A DNA stretch of 64,000 nt from Deltaproteobacteria bacterium (lineage in GTDB: Bacteria; Myxococcota_A; UBA9160; SMWR01), in NCBI GenBank assembly GCA_032128115.1, contig JAQBHB010000047.1, positions 1 to 64,000 on the forward strand, read 5' to 3'. Position numbers and translations under genes: made by a program. This document shows, in pieces, positions 1-9,186 of this stretch. The first letter of the stretch is position 1, and every line of letters starts with the position of its first letter. The notes below the pieces were generated by a model, which worked only from the letters and a program-made list of their open reading frames with translations, searched no databases and was not told where the DNA came from.

Positions 1-261
1 ATCACCCACAGCCTGGCCCGGGAACTCGGGCCGAAGAACATCCGGGTCAACGCCATTGCACCCGGGCCCACGGACACCGAGGCCACACGCAAGGTGGTGC
101 CCGACTTCATTCGCGACCAGATCGTGGGCTCCATGCCGCTCTCGCGCATGGGCGAAGTGAAGGACATGGTGGGCGCCTGCCTGTTCCTGCTCTCCGACGA
201 ATCGACCTGGATCACGGGACAGATCCTCGCCGTCGACGGCGGGCAGATCATGAGGACCTGA
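1..261 (+). CDS. Short-chain dehydrogenase/reductase, 3' end only (truncated by window edge)
   Basis: Frame 1 reads ITHSLARELGPKNIRVNAIAPGPTDT...WITGQILAVDGGQIMRT*, the classical SDR C-terminus; stop TGA 259-261. Confidence 0.9.
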   Translation: MTHSLARELGPKNIRVNAIAPGPTDTEATRKVVPDFIRDQIVGSMPLSRMGEVKDMVGACLFLLSDESTWITGQILAVDGGQIMRT

Positions 262-276
262 TCCCCAGGGTCTCGG

Positions 277-936
277 ATGCAGACGCGGCAGGCGTACAAG
301 ACCCTGGATCAGAGCGGGCGCGAGCTGGGCCCGCGGGCCATGCAGACGCGCAAGCGGTTGCTCCAGGCCACCCACGACCTGTTGGATCGCCAGAGTGTGC
401 GCGACGCGTCGGTGGTGGAGATCGCACGGCGCGCCGGTACCTCACCCGCCACGTTCTACCAGTATTTCAAGGATGTGAGCGAGGCGACCCTGCGGCTCGC
501 CGAAGAGGCGGCGGCCGAAACGCCCGCCCTGGTGGAGCTGATCGACCGCCCCTGGCGCGGGCAAAAGGGCCTGGAAAACGCTCGCGACATCGTCTCGGCC
601 TTCGTGGAGCACTGGGATCTCAACCGGGCGGTGCTGCTCGTGCGCAACCTGGCCGCCGACGAGGGTGACCGACGCTTCCAGAAGGTGCGTCGCGAGGCGT
701 TGACGCCGGTGATCGAGCACCTGGCCCGGCGGGTGCAGGAGTCGCAGCAGGCCGGGCGCATCGCCGACGAGATGCACCCCTACGCGGCGGCCGCGGCGCT
801 TGCCGCCATGCTCGAGCGTCTCTCCGCCCACCACCGCGAGATCGAATCCTTCGGCGCAACCCGTGATCACCTGATCGAGACGTGCGCCCGGATCCTGTTC
901 CAGACCGTCACCGGCCGTACCGCGCCGGCAAGCTAG
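277..936 (+). CDS. TetR/AcrR family transcriptional regulator
   Basis: N-terminal HTH RLLQAT...SVVEIARRAGTSPATFYQYF; 219 aa. Confidence 0.92.
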   Translation: MQTRQAYKTLDQSGRELGPRAMQTRKRLLQATHDLLDRQSVRDASVVEIARRAGTSPATFYQYFKDVSEATLRLAEEAAAETPALVELIDRPWRGQKGLENARDIVSAFVEHWDLNRAVLLVRNLAADEGDRRFQKVRREALTPVIEHLARRVQESQQAGRIADEMHPYAAAAALAAMLERLSAHHREIESFGATRDHLIETCARILFQTVTGRTAPAS

Positions 937-945
937 GAGGACGCC

Positions 946-2253
946 ATGCGTTCCGATGACCTGATCCTCGTGAGTGTGGACGACCACGTAGTCGAACCCG
1001 CCGACATGTTCGAGAACCATCTCTCGGCCGAGTGGAAGTCGCAGGCGCCCCACGTGGTGCGGAAGCCCGACGGCAGCGACGTGTGGGTGTTCCAGGGGGC
1101 GCAGATCCCCAACATCGGCCTGAACGCGGTAGTGGGGCGTCCGCCGGAGGAATACGGCATGGAGCCCACCGCCTTCGAGCAGCTGCGGCCAGGCTGCTAC
1201 GACATCCACGAGCGCGTGCGCGACATGAACGCCAACGGCGTCCTGGCCTCCATGTGCTTCCCGTCCTACCCGGGCTTTGCCGGGGCCCTGTGGGCGCGCC
1301 AGGAGGACAAGACCCTGGCCCGCGTGATGCTGCAGGCCTACAACGACTGGCACATCGACGAATGGTGCGGCAGCTACCCGGGCCGCTTCATCCCGCTGGC
1401 GTTGCCCGCCATCTGGGATCCGCAGCTCATGGCCGACGAGGTGCGGCGCGTCTCGAAGAAGGGCTGTCACACCATCAGCTTCAGCGAGAATCCGGAGAAG
1501 CTCGGCTACCCGAGCCTCCACAGCGATCACTGGGACCCGGTTTGGCAGGCCTGCAGCGACGAGGGCACGGTGGTGGCCATCCACATCGGTTCGGCGGCCG
1601 GGATGGTCTTCTCGTCCATGGACGCGCCTGTGGACGTGATGATCACGGTCACGCCCATCAGCATCGTGACATGCGCCGCCGATCTACTGTGGGGCCCGGC
1701 CCTGCGGAAGTTCCCAAAACTCAAGTTCGCGCTATCCGAGGGCGGCATCGGCTGGATCCCCTACTTCCTGGAGCGGGCCGATTACGTCTACAAGCACCAT
1801 CATCCGTGGACCCATCAAGACTTCGGGAAGAAGCTCCCCAGCGAAGTCTTCCGCGAGCACATCATCACGTGCTTCATCGACGACGCGGCGGGGGTTCGCA
1901 TGCGCCACGAGGTGGGCCTCGACACCATTACCTGGGAGTGCGACTACCCCCATTCGGACACCACCTGGCCCAACGCCCCGGAGATCCTGTGGCGGAGCCT
2001 GACGGGAGTGCCCGAGGCCGAGATCCACAAGATCACCCACGAGAACGCCCTGCGGAACTTCCGGCTCGATGCATTTTCGCAGCGGCCCAAGGAGAAGTGC
2101 ACCGCCGCGGCCCTGCGCGCCGAGTCGCCCGACGTGGATCTCGCACTGCGAAGCGCCGGCGGCAAGCCTCCGAGCCAGGAGGACGACCGACCGGTCACCA
2201 CCCGGGACGTCACGACCCAGCTGGCCACGGTATTCGCCACGCCCGCGGAGTAG
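946..2253 (+). CDS. Amidohydrolase family protein (Amidohydro_2-like)
   Basis: SVDDHVVEP, IHIGS, SEGGIGW and ECDYPH motifs; AGGAGG RBS. Confidence 0.9.
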   Translation: MRSDDLILVSVDDHVVEPADMFENHLSAEWKSQAPHVVRKPDGSDVWVFQGAQIPNIGLNAVVGRPPEEYGMEPTAFEQLRPGCYDIHERVRDMNANGVLASMCFPSYPGFAGALWARQEDKTLARVMLQAYNDWHIDEWCGSYPGRFIPLALPAIWDPQLMADEVRRVSKKGCHTISFSENPEKLGYPSLHSDHWDPVWQACSDEGTVVAIHIGSAAGMVFSSMDAPVDVMITVTPISIVTCAADLLWGPALRKFPKLKFALSEGGIGWIPYFLERADYVYKHHHPWTHQDFGKKLPSEVFREHIITCFIDDAAGVRMRHEVGLDTITWECDYPHSDTTWPNAPEILWRSLTGVPEAEIHKITHENALRNFRLDAFSQRPKEKCTAAALRAESPDVDLALRSAGGKPPSQEDDRPVTTRDVTTQLATVFATPAE

Positions 2254-2260
2254 GGCGGGG

Positions 2261-2767
2261 ATGCGCGACCCCGAGGCGCTGATGGGGCTCGCGATCCAGG
2301 CCGCCCGCGCGGGGATCGACAAGGGCCAGGCCCCCTTCGGCTGCGCAATTGCGGCGGGCGGGCCGGACGGAATCGGAGACCTGCTGGCGGCCTGCCACAA
2401 CGTCGTGCGGGAGACCGTCGACATCACCGCTCATGCCGAAATCACCGCTTTGCGCGAAGCCTGTCGCCGCGCCGGTTCCATTCATCTGCAGGGGGCGGTG
2501 GTTGCCACGATCTGTGAGCCGTGTCCCATGTGCACGGCGGCGCTTCACTGGGCGCAGGTCGGAACCGTCTACTACGGCGCCACCATCGCGGATGCCCGGG
2601 ACGCGGGCTTCAACGAATTGACTCTTCCAGCATCGCGGGTCCTGGCGGCATCGCGGGTCCTGGAACAGGGCGGAAGTCCGGTGGTCCTGGTGCCGGGGCT
2701 GTGCGAGGAAGCGTGTCGGGGCCTGTTCGAGGAGTGGAAGCGCTCGCCGGGCTCCCAACCCTACTGA
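2261..2767 (+). CDS. Zn-dependent nucleoside/guanine deaminase (cytidine deaminase fold)
   Basis: PFG, HAE and EPCPMC motifs, YYGAT; start placed at ATG 2261 just after upstream stop. Confidence 0.88.
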   Translation: MRDPEALMGLAIQAARAGIDKGQAPFGCAIAAGGPDGIGDLLAACHNVVRETVDITAHAEITALREACRRAGSIHLQGAVVATICEPCPMCTAALHWAQVGTVYYGATIADARDAGFNELTLPASRVLAASRVLEQGGSPVVLVPGLCEEACRGLFEEWKRSPGSQPY

Positions 2768-2819
2768 GAGGTTTCGATGGGCTCGAGTTCGTCGTAGAGT
2801 GCGCGTGGAGGTTCCACCC

Positions 2820-3284
2820 ATGGTCAGCGTGAACGGTATGGCGCACATCCAGCTCACGGTTCGCAACGTGGAGAAATCCACTCCCTTCTATGAGAAGCTT
2901 CTCCATTTCCTCGAGATGAAGACGATCATCAAGTCGCCGGAGTACTTCTACTGCGTGGGAAGTCGCACGGGCGTGGCCATCTCTCCGGCCGATCCGGAAC
3001 TCGCGGGCGACGGCTTCCACCAGCGCCGGCCCGGTCTTCACCACTTCTGCTTCCGGGCGCGCAGCCGCGAAGACGTGGACGCCATTCACGGCGTGGCCGT
3101 GGAGCTGGGTGCGAAGATCGTGCATCCCCCCCAGGAGGACGGTTTCGCCCCCGGTTACTACTCGGTGTTGTTCGAAGATCCCGACGGCCTGCGGATCGAG
3201 GCCAATTTCGTGCCGGGCAAGGGCCACCTGGATCCCAATGCGAAGCTGCCCCTTGACAGCATGGGCACCGTGAGATCCGGCTAG
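2820..3284 (+). CDS. VOC/glyoxalase family protein
   Basis: HIQLTV, GLHHFCF, YYSVLFEDPDGLRIE; GGAGG before ATG 2820. Confidence 0.88.
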   Translation: MVSVNGMAHIQLTVRNVEKSTPFYEKLLHFLEMKTIIKSPEYFYCVGSRTGVAISPADPELAGDGFHQRRPGLHHFCFRARSREDVDAIHGVAVELGAKIVHPPQEDGFAPGYYSVLFEDPDGLRIEANFVPGKGHLDPNAKLPLDSMGTVRSG

Positions 3285-4033
3285 TTCTCCAGATCCGCGA
3301 GCAACGGATCTGCCGACTCCGTGAAGTCATGGGTGCTGCCCATCACGCGCATCGCCTTCTCGGCGATGCCGGGGGTGAAGCTGTGGCAGCTGCCCCCGGC
3401 CATGTCCATGTAGACGAGTGCACTGGGGGCGTCGTCCAGGTTGCGCGCGCGGCCCATGGCGATGAAGCTGGCCCGTCGCAGCGCCACCGCGGCCTCGGCG
3501 GTATCGGCATCGAGCTCGCTCTCCGCCCAGCGCAGGAACTTCGATCCCAGCAGCCGCACCCCCGCGTGGCGCTCGGGCCCCGTGATCTGGATGCCGTCCA
3601 GCTCCCAGGCGAGGAACAGCTCGCCATCGCGGTGGAGGCTGGCTCGTGTGCGCCCCTCGATGCGGTCGGGAACGCTGATGTCGTACTGGCGCTGCTCGCG
3701 CCCCGCCGCGGCGTGGGACACGGCCAGGCCCGCCACGTCGAACAGGTGGGTGCAGTTCTCGCGCGGGTTCGTGTGGTCGCTGGTGGCGGCGAAGCGGGTC
3801 GACAGGCGCATGCCCACCAGCTTGTTCAGGGGAACGACCGCGCCGGGGCACTCGGTCCACGGGTGGCGCGAGGCGTAGCCCTTGACCCCGGTCACGGTCT
3901 CGCCGTCGTGCTCGAGCACCAGGCCGAACCGGTGGAAGTCGTCCTCCATGTCGGCCCGCACCCGACCCGGCTCGCCGCGCATCCGGAACCGCCGCCGGAA
4001 GATCCCCTCGCCGTACGCCCGCCGCTCCGCCAT
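3281..4033 (-). CDS. DUF2889-like hypothetical protein
   Basis: EDDFH, PWTECP, NCTHLFD, LRRA and CHSF motifs as recalled for DUF2889. Confidence 0.7.
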   Translation of the reverse strand: MAERRAYGEGIFRRRFRMRGEPGRVRADMEDDFHRFGLVLEHDGETVTGVKGYASRHPWTECPGAVVPLNKLVGMRLSTRFAATSDHTNPRENCTHLFDVAGLAVSHAAAGREQRQYDISVPDRIEGRTRASLHRDGELFLAWELDGIQITGPERHAGVRLLGSKFLRWAESELDADTAEAAVALRRASFIAMGRARNLDDAPSALVYMDMAGGSCHSFTPGIAEKAMRVMGSTHDFTESADPLLADLEN

Positions 4034-4062
4034 GGCGCCCAGTCTAGACGACTCGCTGCGAA

Positions 4063-4081
4063 ATGTGACGGTGTGTCAGAT
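4063..4081. promoter_or_regulatory. Palindromic operator candidate TGAC-N5-GTCA
   Basis: ATGTGACGGTGTGTCAGAT in a divergent intergenic region; related to the 10781-10803 site. Confidence 0.5.
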
Positions 4082-4120
4082 CTCGGGTAGGCTGCCCGGG
4101 TCGCCGCCGAGAGGAGTCCC

Positions 4121-4534
4121 GTGCCCGAGAAGCCGTTCCGGGTGCTGCCCCGGGTCACGAAGTTGAACGAGCATTTCTGGCAGGGTGGGGCCGACGGAAG
4201 GCTCCACCTGCTTCGCTGTGGCAGCTGTCGCCATTACGTTCACCCCCCGGTTCCCCTGTGCCCCGAGTGTCTCTCGCGCGATGTGTCGCCCGAGGCGGTC
4301 TCGGGGCGCGCTCGCGTGGCGACCTACACACTCAACCACCAGGAGTGGGTGCCGGCGCCGGACCATCCCTACTGCATCGCCATCGTGGAGCTGGAGGAAG
4401 ACCCCTCGGTCCGGATCACCACCAATGTGGTGAACTGACCGGCCGAGCAGGTGGAAATCGGGATGCCCGTGCAGGTGGTGTTCGAGCAGCACGACGACGT
4501 CTACATCCCGCTCTTCGAGCCCGTGGGCGCCTGA
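4121..4534 (+). pseudogene. DUF35 Zn-ribbon/OB-fold protein with in-frame TGA at 4436-4438 (nonsense allele, sequencing error or recoded codon)
   Basis: CGSC...CPEC ribbon; after NVVN-TGA the frame continues PAEQVEIGMPVQVVFEQHDDVYIPLFEPVGA* and ends in a TGATG overlap with the next gene. Confidence 0.8.
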
Positions 4535-5736
4535 TGGAGATCCTGGAGCGCCGCGCCGCCATCACCGGGATCGGCCAGTCCGACGTGGGGCGCCGCCTGA
4601 ATCGCGATCCGCTGGGGCTGACCCTGGATGCGTGTCTTTCGGCCATCGAAGACGCGGGTCTGACGCGCGACGACATCGACGGACTCGCCACCTATCCGGG
4701 TTCCATGGGTGGGGCGCCGGGTTTCACCGGCGCCGGAATCACCGACGTGCACGACGCCCTGCGTCTGAAGCTCGACTGGTTCACCGGCGGCCTCGAGATG
4801 CCGGGGCAGTTGGGCTCGGTGATCAACGCGGTCACGGCCGTGGCCGCGGGGCTCGCCCGTCACGTGCTCTGCTTCCGCTCGGTCTGGGAGTCCACGGCCC
4901 AGGGCCTGGGGGGGCGCAGCGGCATCGGCGTGGGTGGGGGCGGTGGCGGCGGTCGCGGCTACCGCGCCAGCGGCATGACAGAGTTCACGCTGCCGTTCCG
5001 GGCCTACTCGGCGGCCAACTGGATCGCTCTCAATGCCCAGCGCCACTTCCACGAATACGGCACGACGCGGGAGCAGATGGCCTGGATCGCGCTGAATGCT
5101 CGCAGCAACGCCGGGCGAAACCCCAGGGCCATCTACCGCGACCCCATGACCCTGGACGACTACTTCGCCGCGCGCATGATCTCGACGCCCTTCTGCCTGT
5201 TCGACTGCGACGTTCCCGTGGACGGGGCAACCGCGGTCATCGTGTCGAGCCGCGACGCCGCGGGCGATCTGCGCCGTCCGCCCATAGGAGTAGAGGCGGT
5301 GGGTACGGCGTTGCGCGGAAGGCCCTCGTGGGACCAGTTCGACGATCTCACCACCATGGCTTCCCGCGACGCCGGCGCCATGCTCTGGGAGCGCACGGAT
5401 CTGAAGCCCGCCGACGTGGACGTGGCCAACCTCTACGACGGCTTCAGCTTCATCACTATGACGTGGCTCGAGGCCCTGGGTTTCTGCGGCAAGGGCGAGA
5501 GCGGCCCCTTCATCGAGGGCGGCAAGCGCATCGCCCTCGACGGCGAGATTCCCCTGAACACCAACGGCGGTCAGCTCTCGGGCGGCCGGCTGCACGGCTA
5601 TGGCTTCCTGCACGAGAGTTGTCTGCAGCTCTGGGGCGAGGGCGGCGATCGCCAGGTGCCGGGGGACCCCCAGGTGGCGGTGGCCGCCGCCGGCGGCGGG
5701 CCGCTGGCCGGTTGCCTTCTGCTGACCCGGGGCTGA
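4534..5736 (+). CDS. Thiolase-like (SCP2/Ltp-type) protein lacking the nucleophilic Cys
   Basis: AITGIGQS, FDCDVPVDGATA, LYDGFS, NTNGGQLSGGRLHG. Confidence 0.88.
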   Translation: MEILERRAAITGIGQSDVGRRLNRDPLGLTLDACLSAIEDAGLTRDDIDGLATYPGSMGGAPGFTGAGITDVHDALRLKLDWFTGGLEMPGQLGSVINAVTAVAAGLARHVLCFRSVWESTAQGLGGRSGIGVGGGGGGGRGYRASGMTEFTLPFRAYSAANWIALNAQRHFHEYGTTREQMAWIALNARSNAGRNPRAIYRDPMTLDDYFAARMISTPFCLFDCDVPVDGATAVIVSSRDAAGDLRRPPIGVEAVGTALRGRPSWDQFDDLTTMASRDAGAMLWERTDLKPADVDVANLYDGFSFITMTWLEALGFCGKGESGPFIEGGKRIALDGEIPLNTNGGQLSGGRLHGYGFLHESCLQLWGEGGDRQVPGDPQVAVAAAGGGPLAGCLLLTRG

Positions 5737-5755
5737 CACTTCCGGCAGAGGCGCC

Positions 5756-6409
5756 ATGATGAACGCTGCGTCCCACCAGCTGCCCGACGACCTCCGCCCC
5801 GCGGCGCGCCTGTTCTACGCCCACTGGAGCCCGCGCCTGCTCACAGTGCTTGTGCTGGGCTCGATCGGGGCCCGCATCGGCGTCGGCGGCGCCTCCATGT
5901 GGGACTTCGCAACGGCGGCCGCCATCGTCGTGCTCTGGCCCCTGCAGGAGTGGTGGATCCACGTCTTCATCCTCCATTTCAAGCCCCGGCAGGTCCTCGG
6001 TCGCAGCCTCGACTTCCGGGTTCCCCGTCTTCACCGCGCCCACCACCGGGAGCCGTGGCGTCCCGAGCTGGTTTTCGTGCCGATCCACGTGTTTCTGTAC
6101 GTGCCCATCGCGGTCGGCGCTGTGCTCGTCCTGGGGGGGCCCGCGCCCGGCGTGGTGCTCACGGCGCTCGCCGTCTACTTCGCACTCTCCCTTCACTACG
6201 AGTGGGTGCACTTCCTGATCCACACCCGCTACCAGCCGAAGCACGAGATCTACCGTCGCCTGTGGCGCAACCACCGGCTCCACCACTTCAAGAACGAACA
6301 CTACTGGTTCGGCGTCAGCATGCTCTCCGGCGATCGCTGGCTGCACACCGCCGCCGACCCCGACGCCGTTCCGACCTCGGAGACGGCTCGCTGCATCGAG
6401 TTGGCGTAG
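5756..6409 (+). CDS. Fatty acid hydroxylase/sterol desaturase family membrane di-iron enzyme
   Basis: His boxes EWWIHVFILH, HRAHH, EWVHFLIH, HRLHH with hydrophobic segments. Confidence 0.88.
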   Translation: MMNAASHQLPDDLRPAARLFYAHWSPRLLTVLVLGSIGARIGVGGASMWDFATAAAIVVLWPLQEWWIHVFILHFKPRQVLGRSLDFRVPRLHRAHHREPWRPELVFVPIHVFLYVPIAVGAVLVLGGPAPGVVLTALAVYFALSLHYEWVHFLIHTRYQPKHEIYRRLWRNHRLHHFKNEHYWFGVSMLSGDRWLHTAADPDAVPTSETARCIELA

Positions 6410-6432
6410 TTGGCCTGGCAGGTCGAGGTCTC

Positions 6433-7245
6433 GTGAACTACCGCGAGCGCGTGGTGATCGTGACCGGCGCGTCCTCCGGAATCGGACGACAGCTGGCGCT
6501 CGACTTCGCCGAGCGCGGCGCGAACCTCGTGCTGGCGGCGCGCCGTGGCGATGCTCTCGAGCAGGTGGCCACGGAGTGCCGCAAGGGCGGCGTCCAGGTG
6601 GAGGTCTGCGTGGGCGATCTGGCCGAGCGTGCGTTCGCCGAATCGCTGATGGCGCGCGCGCTCGCGCGCTTCGGGCGTCTGGACATCCTGGTGAACAATG
6701 CCGGGATTCCCAAGCACAAGCCGATCTTCCAGGTGACGCCAGAGGACGTGGACGCCACGCTGCGGGTGAACTTCCTGGCGCCGGCCTATCTCTGTGTGGC
6801 GGCGATTCCGCCCATGCTTCGCCAGGGTGGCGGTTATCTGGTGAACATCTCCTCGGCGGCAGGGCGCGTGCCCCCGCCCCGCGAGAGCGTCTACGCCGCC
6901 TCGAAGTACGCCCTCACGGGTTTCAGCGAGGGACTGGCGTTGGATCTGGAGGGATCCCACATCCACCCGGTGGTGATCCACGTGGGGCCCATCGACACCG
7001 AGATCTGGGACAAGCTGGAATCGCCGGCGCGCTTTCGCGGCGTGAAGCACCCGCCGCGGATCGTTTCGGAAGCGGTATTCCGCTGCATCGAGAAGCGCCG
7101 TTTCGAAGCCACCGTGCCGCGTTCCCTGTGGTGGGTGTTCCTCCTCAAGCTGCTGCTGCCCGGCGTGTTCCGCCGGGGCGCCGCTGGCTACGACCCGGTG
7201 TCGCCGGAGAGCCTCGACGAGGCGCGGCGCGCGGCGCGCTCGTAG
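6433..7245 (+). CDS. Short-chain dehydrogenase/reductase
   Basis: TGASSGIG, NNAG, YAASK; GTG start after GAGG. Confidence 0.9.
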   Translation: MNYRERVVIVTGASSGIGRQLALDFAERGANLVLAARRGDALEQVATECRKGGVQVEVCVGDLAERAFAESLMARALARFGRLDILVNNAGIPKHKPIFQVTPEDVDATLRVNFLAPAYLCVAAIPPMLRQGGGYLVNISSAAGRVPPPRESVYAASKYALTGFSEGLALDLEGSHIHPVVIHVGPIDTEIWDKLESPARFRGVKHPPRIVSEAVFRCIEKRRFEATVPRSLWWVFLLKLLLPGVFRRGAAGYDPVSPESLDEARRAARS

Positions 7246-7343
7246 GAAAAACTTTCTTCATTCTGGGGAAGGCGTTTCCCGGTTTTCCGGCGGCCCGGAG
7301 CGGCGACCCGCGGGATGCAAGCGTTTTTCGGACGGTGGGGGCA

Positions 7344-7359
7344 AGGCACACAAGTTGCT
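7344..7359 (+). promoter_or_regulatory. Putative sigma54 (-24/-12) promoter
   Basis: AGGCACACAAGTTGCT has exact GG-N10-GC spacing and GGCAC/TTGC elements, 26 nt before ATG 7386. Confidence 0.6.
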
Positions 7360-7385
7360 TGCAATTCTCCCCTGGAGGATTCGTC

Positions 7386-7916
7386 ATGCGAACAGACACC
7401 CTGGCACTGATCACCGCCCTGGTCCTGTGGCTCCCCCAGGCCGCGACCGCAGAGGATTACCGCTGGGAGGAGCCCATCGACGGCACCCAGTCCGGAACCG
7501 GCGAAAGCGGGACCGGCACGGTGATCGCGACCCTGGACGACGACACCAACCTGCTTTCGTGGGACATCAGCTGGAGCGGACTCACGGGTGCCGCGACCCT
7601 GATGCACTTCCACGGGCCGTCCGCGCCGGGGGGCAGTGCGGGCGTTCGGGTCAACGTGGGCACCATCAGCGGACTCACCAGCCCCTCGATCGGATCCACC
7701 ACGATCTCGGAGGCGTTCGCCACGGAACTCAAGAGCCAGCTCTGGTACCTGAACATCCACACTGCTGCACACCCGGGAGGCGAGATCCGGGGCCACCTGT
7801 TCGCGGGAGCGCTGTCGCTGCCGTCACTGCGGGGGGTCGCACTGGTGGCGTTCGCAGGATTGCTGGCACTCACGGCCGTCGTCGTGCTTTGGAGGCGGGG
7901 GGCGGCACCCGCCTGA
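7386..7916 (+). CDS. Secreted CHRD-domain protein with IPTL-CTERM-like C-terminal anchor
   Basis: Signal peptide; MHFHGP...WYLNIHTAAHPGGEIRG; C-terminal LPSL-hydrophobic helix-WRR. Confidence 0.85.
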   Translation: MRTDTLALITALVLWLPQAATAEDYRWEEPIDGTQSGTGESGTGTVIATLDDDTNLLSWDISWSGLTGAATLMHFHGPSAPGGSAGVRVNVGTISGLTSPSIGSTTISEAFATELKSQLWYLNIHTAAHPGGEIRGHLFAGALSLPSLRGVALVAFAGLLALTAVVVLWRRGAAPA

Positions 7917-7962
7917 GATCCGTCCACGCCGCGGCCTCTGGCTTCGGGTAGCATGCACCCGG

Positions 7963-9186
7963 ATGCGTGCCCTCGTCTTCGAGAACAGTCTGCCCCGGCT
8001 GGTCGTGACGAAGATCCTGTCCATGCTCACCCCGCGGGCCTTCGTGGGGCCTGCGGCTCCGATCCGGATGCGCGATATCCCGGATCCCGTGCTGCCGGCA
8101 CCAGACTGGGTGTCGATCCGCACGCGCCTGTGCGGCGTGTGCGGCAGCGATACCAAGCAGGTGTTCCTGAACGGCGCCACCGACAATCCCATGACTGCGC
8201 TGATCTCGTTTCCCCAGGTGCTGGGTCACGAGGTGGTGGGTCGCATCGACGCCGTGGGCCCGGGCGCCGGCGCGCGCCGGGTGGGCGAGCGCGTGGTGCT
8301 GAATCCCTGGCTCTCGTGCGCGCCTCGGGGGCTCGAACCCTGCGAGTGGTGCCGGCGCGGCGAACTCGCCCAGTGCCGCAACTTCACGCGCGGGGTGATC
8401 TCCGCCGGCATCCACCACGGCAACAGCAGCCAGGCCACGGGGGGCTTCGCACCGCGCCTGCCGGCCCACGAATCCCAGTGCATCCCGATTCCCGACAGCA
8501 TCAGCGATGAGCAGGCCGTGCTGGCGGATCCGTTCGCCGTGTCGCTCCACGCCATTCTCCATCACCCCCCGCCCGAGGCTGGCGTGGCGCTGGTCTACGG
8601 CTGCGGAACGCTGGGTCTGCTGGCCATCGCGATCCTGCGCGCACTGCACCCGCGGGTGCGGGTGCTGGCGGTGGCGCGCTTCGATCATCAGGCGGCGTTG
8701 GCCCGGAAATTTGGCGCCAAAAGCGTGATCGCGCATCGGCCGGAGCGGGGCGTGATCGACGCCGTGGCGGCAGCCCTTGAGATCGAGACCCAGGAGCCGT
8801 GGCGGGGACTCCCCATGCTGAACGGTGGCGTCGACGTGGTCTACGACACGGTGAGTGCGCCCCGCACGCTCGAGGTGGGGCTCCGGATCGTGCGGTCGCG
8901 GGGAACGATCGTGGCCCTGGGGGTCGAGGTGCCCAGACGCTTCGAGTGGACGCCCCTCTACTTCAAGGAGATCGCCCTGGTGGGCTCGAACGCCTTCGCC
9001 ATCGAGGAGTATGACGGGCGCCGCCAGCACGCCATGGAGTGGTACTTCGAATTCATCCGCACCCGGCGCCTCGATGTGACGCCCATCATCACCCACCGCT
9101 ACCCGCTCGCGGACTACCGGAAGGCGTTTCTCACCTGCTACGACCAGGGCGCAACCGGGGCCGTCAAGGTGCTCTTCGAGCATTAG
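7963..9186 (+). CDS. Zn-dependent medium-chain alcohol dehydrogenase
   Basis: CGSD, LGHEVVG, structural Cys cluster, GCGTLG. Confidence 0.9.
   Translation: MRALVFENSLPRLVVTKILSMLTPRAFVGPAAPIRMRDIPDPVLPAPDWVSIRTRLCGVCGSDTKQVFLNGATDNPMTALISFPQVLGHEVVGRIDAVGPGAGARRVGERVVLNPWLSCAPRGLEPCEWCRRGELAQCRNFTRGVISAGIHHGNSSQATGGFAPRLPAHESQCIPIPDSISDEQAVLADPFAVSLHAILHHPPPEAGVALVYGCGTLGLLAIAILRALHPRVRVLAVARFDHQAALARKFGAKSVIAHRPERGVIDAVAAALEIETQEPWRGLPMLNGGVDVVYDTVSAPRTLEVGLRIVRSRGTIVALGVEVPRRFEWTPLYFKEIALVGSNAFAIEEYDGRRQHAMEWYFEFIRTRRLDVTPIITHRYPLADYRKAFLTCYDQGATGAVKVLFEH

Noticed and set aside
4044..4060. CTAGACG half-site of the main operator motif
   Set aside because: Right arm (CGCTGCG) matches poorly; better explained as the -10 of the divergent gene
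4904..4960. G-rich Gly linker with a G7 run in the thiolase-like gene
   Set aside because: In-frame low-complexity loop; no evidence of phase variation
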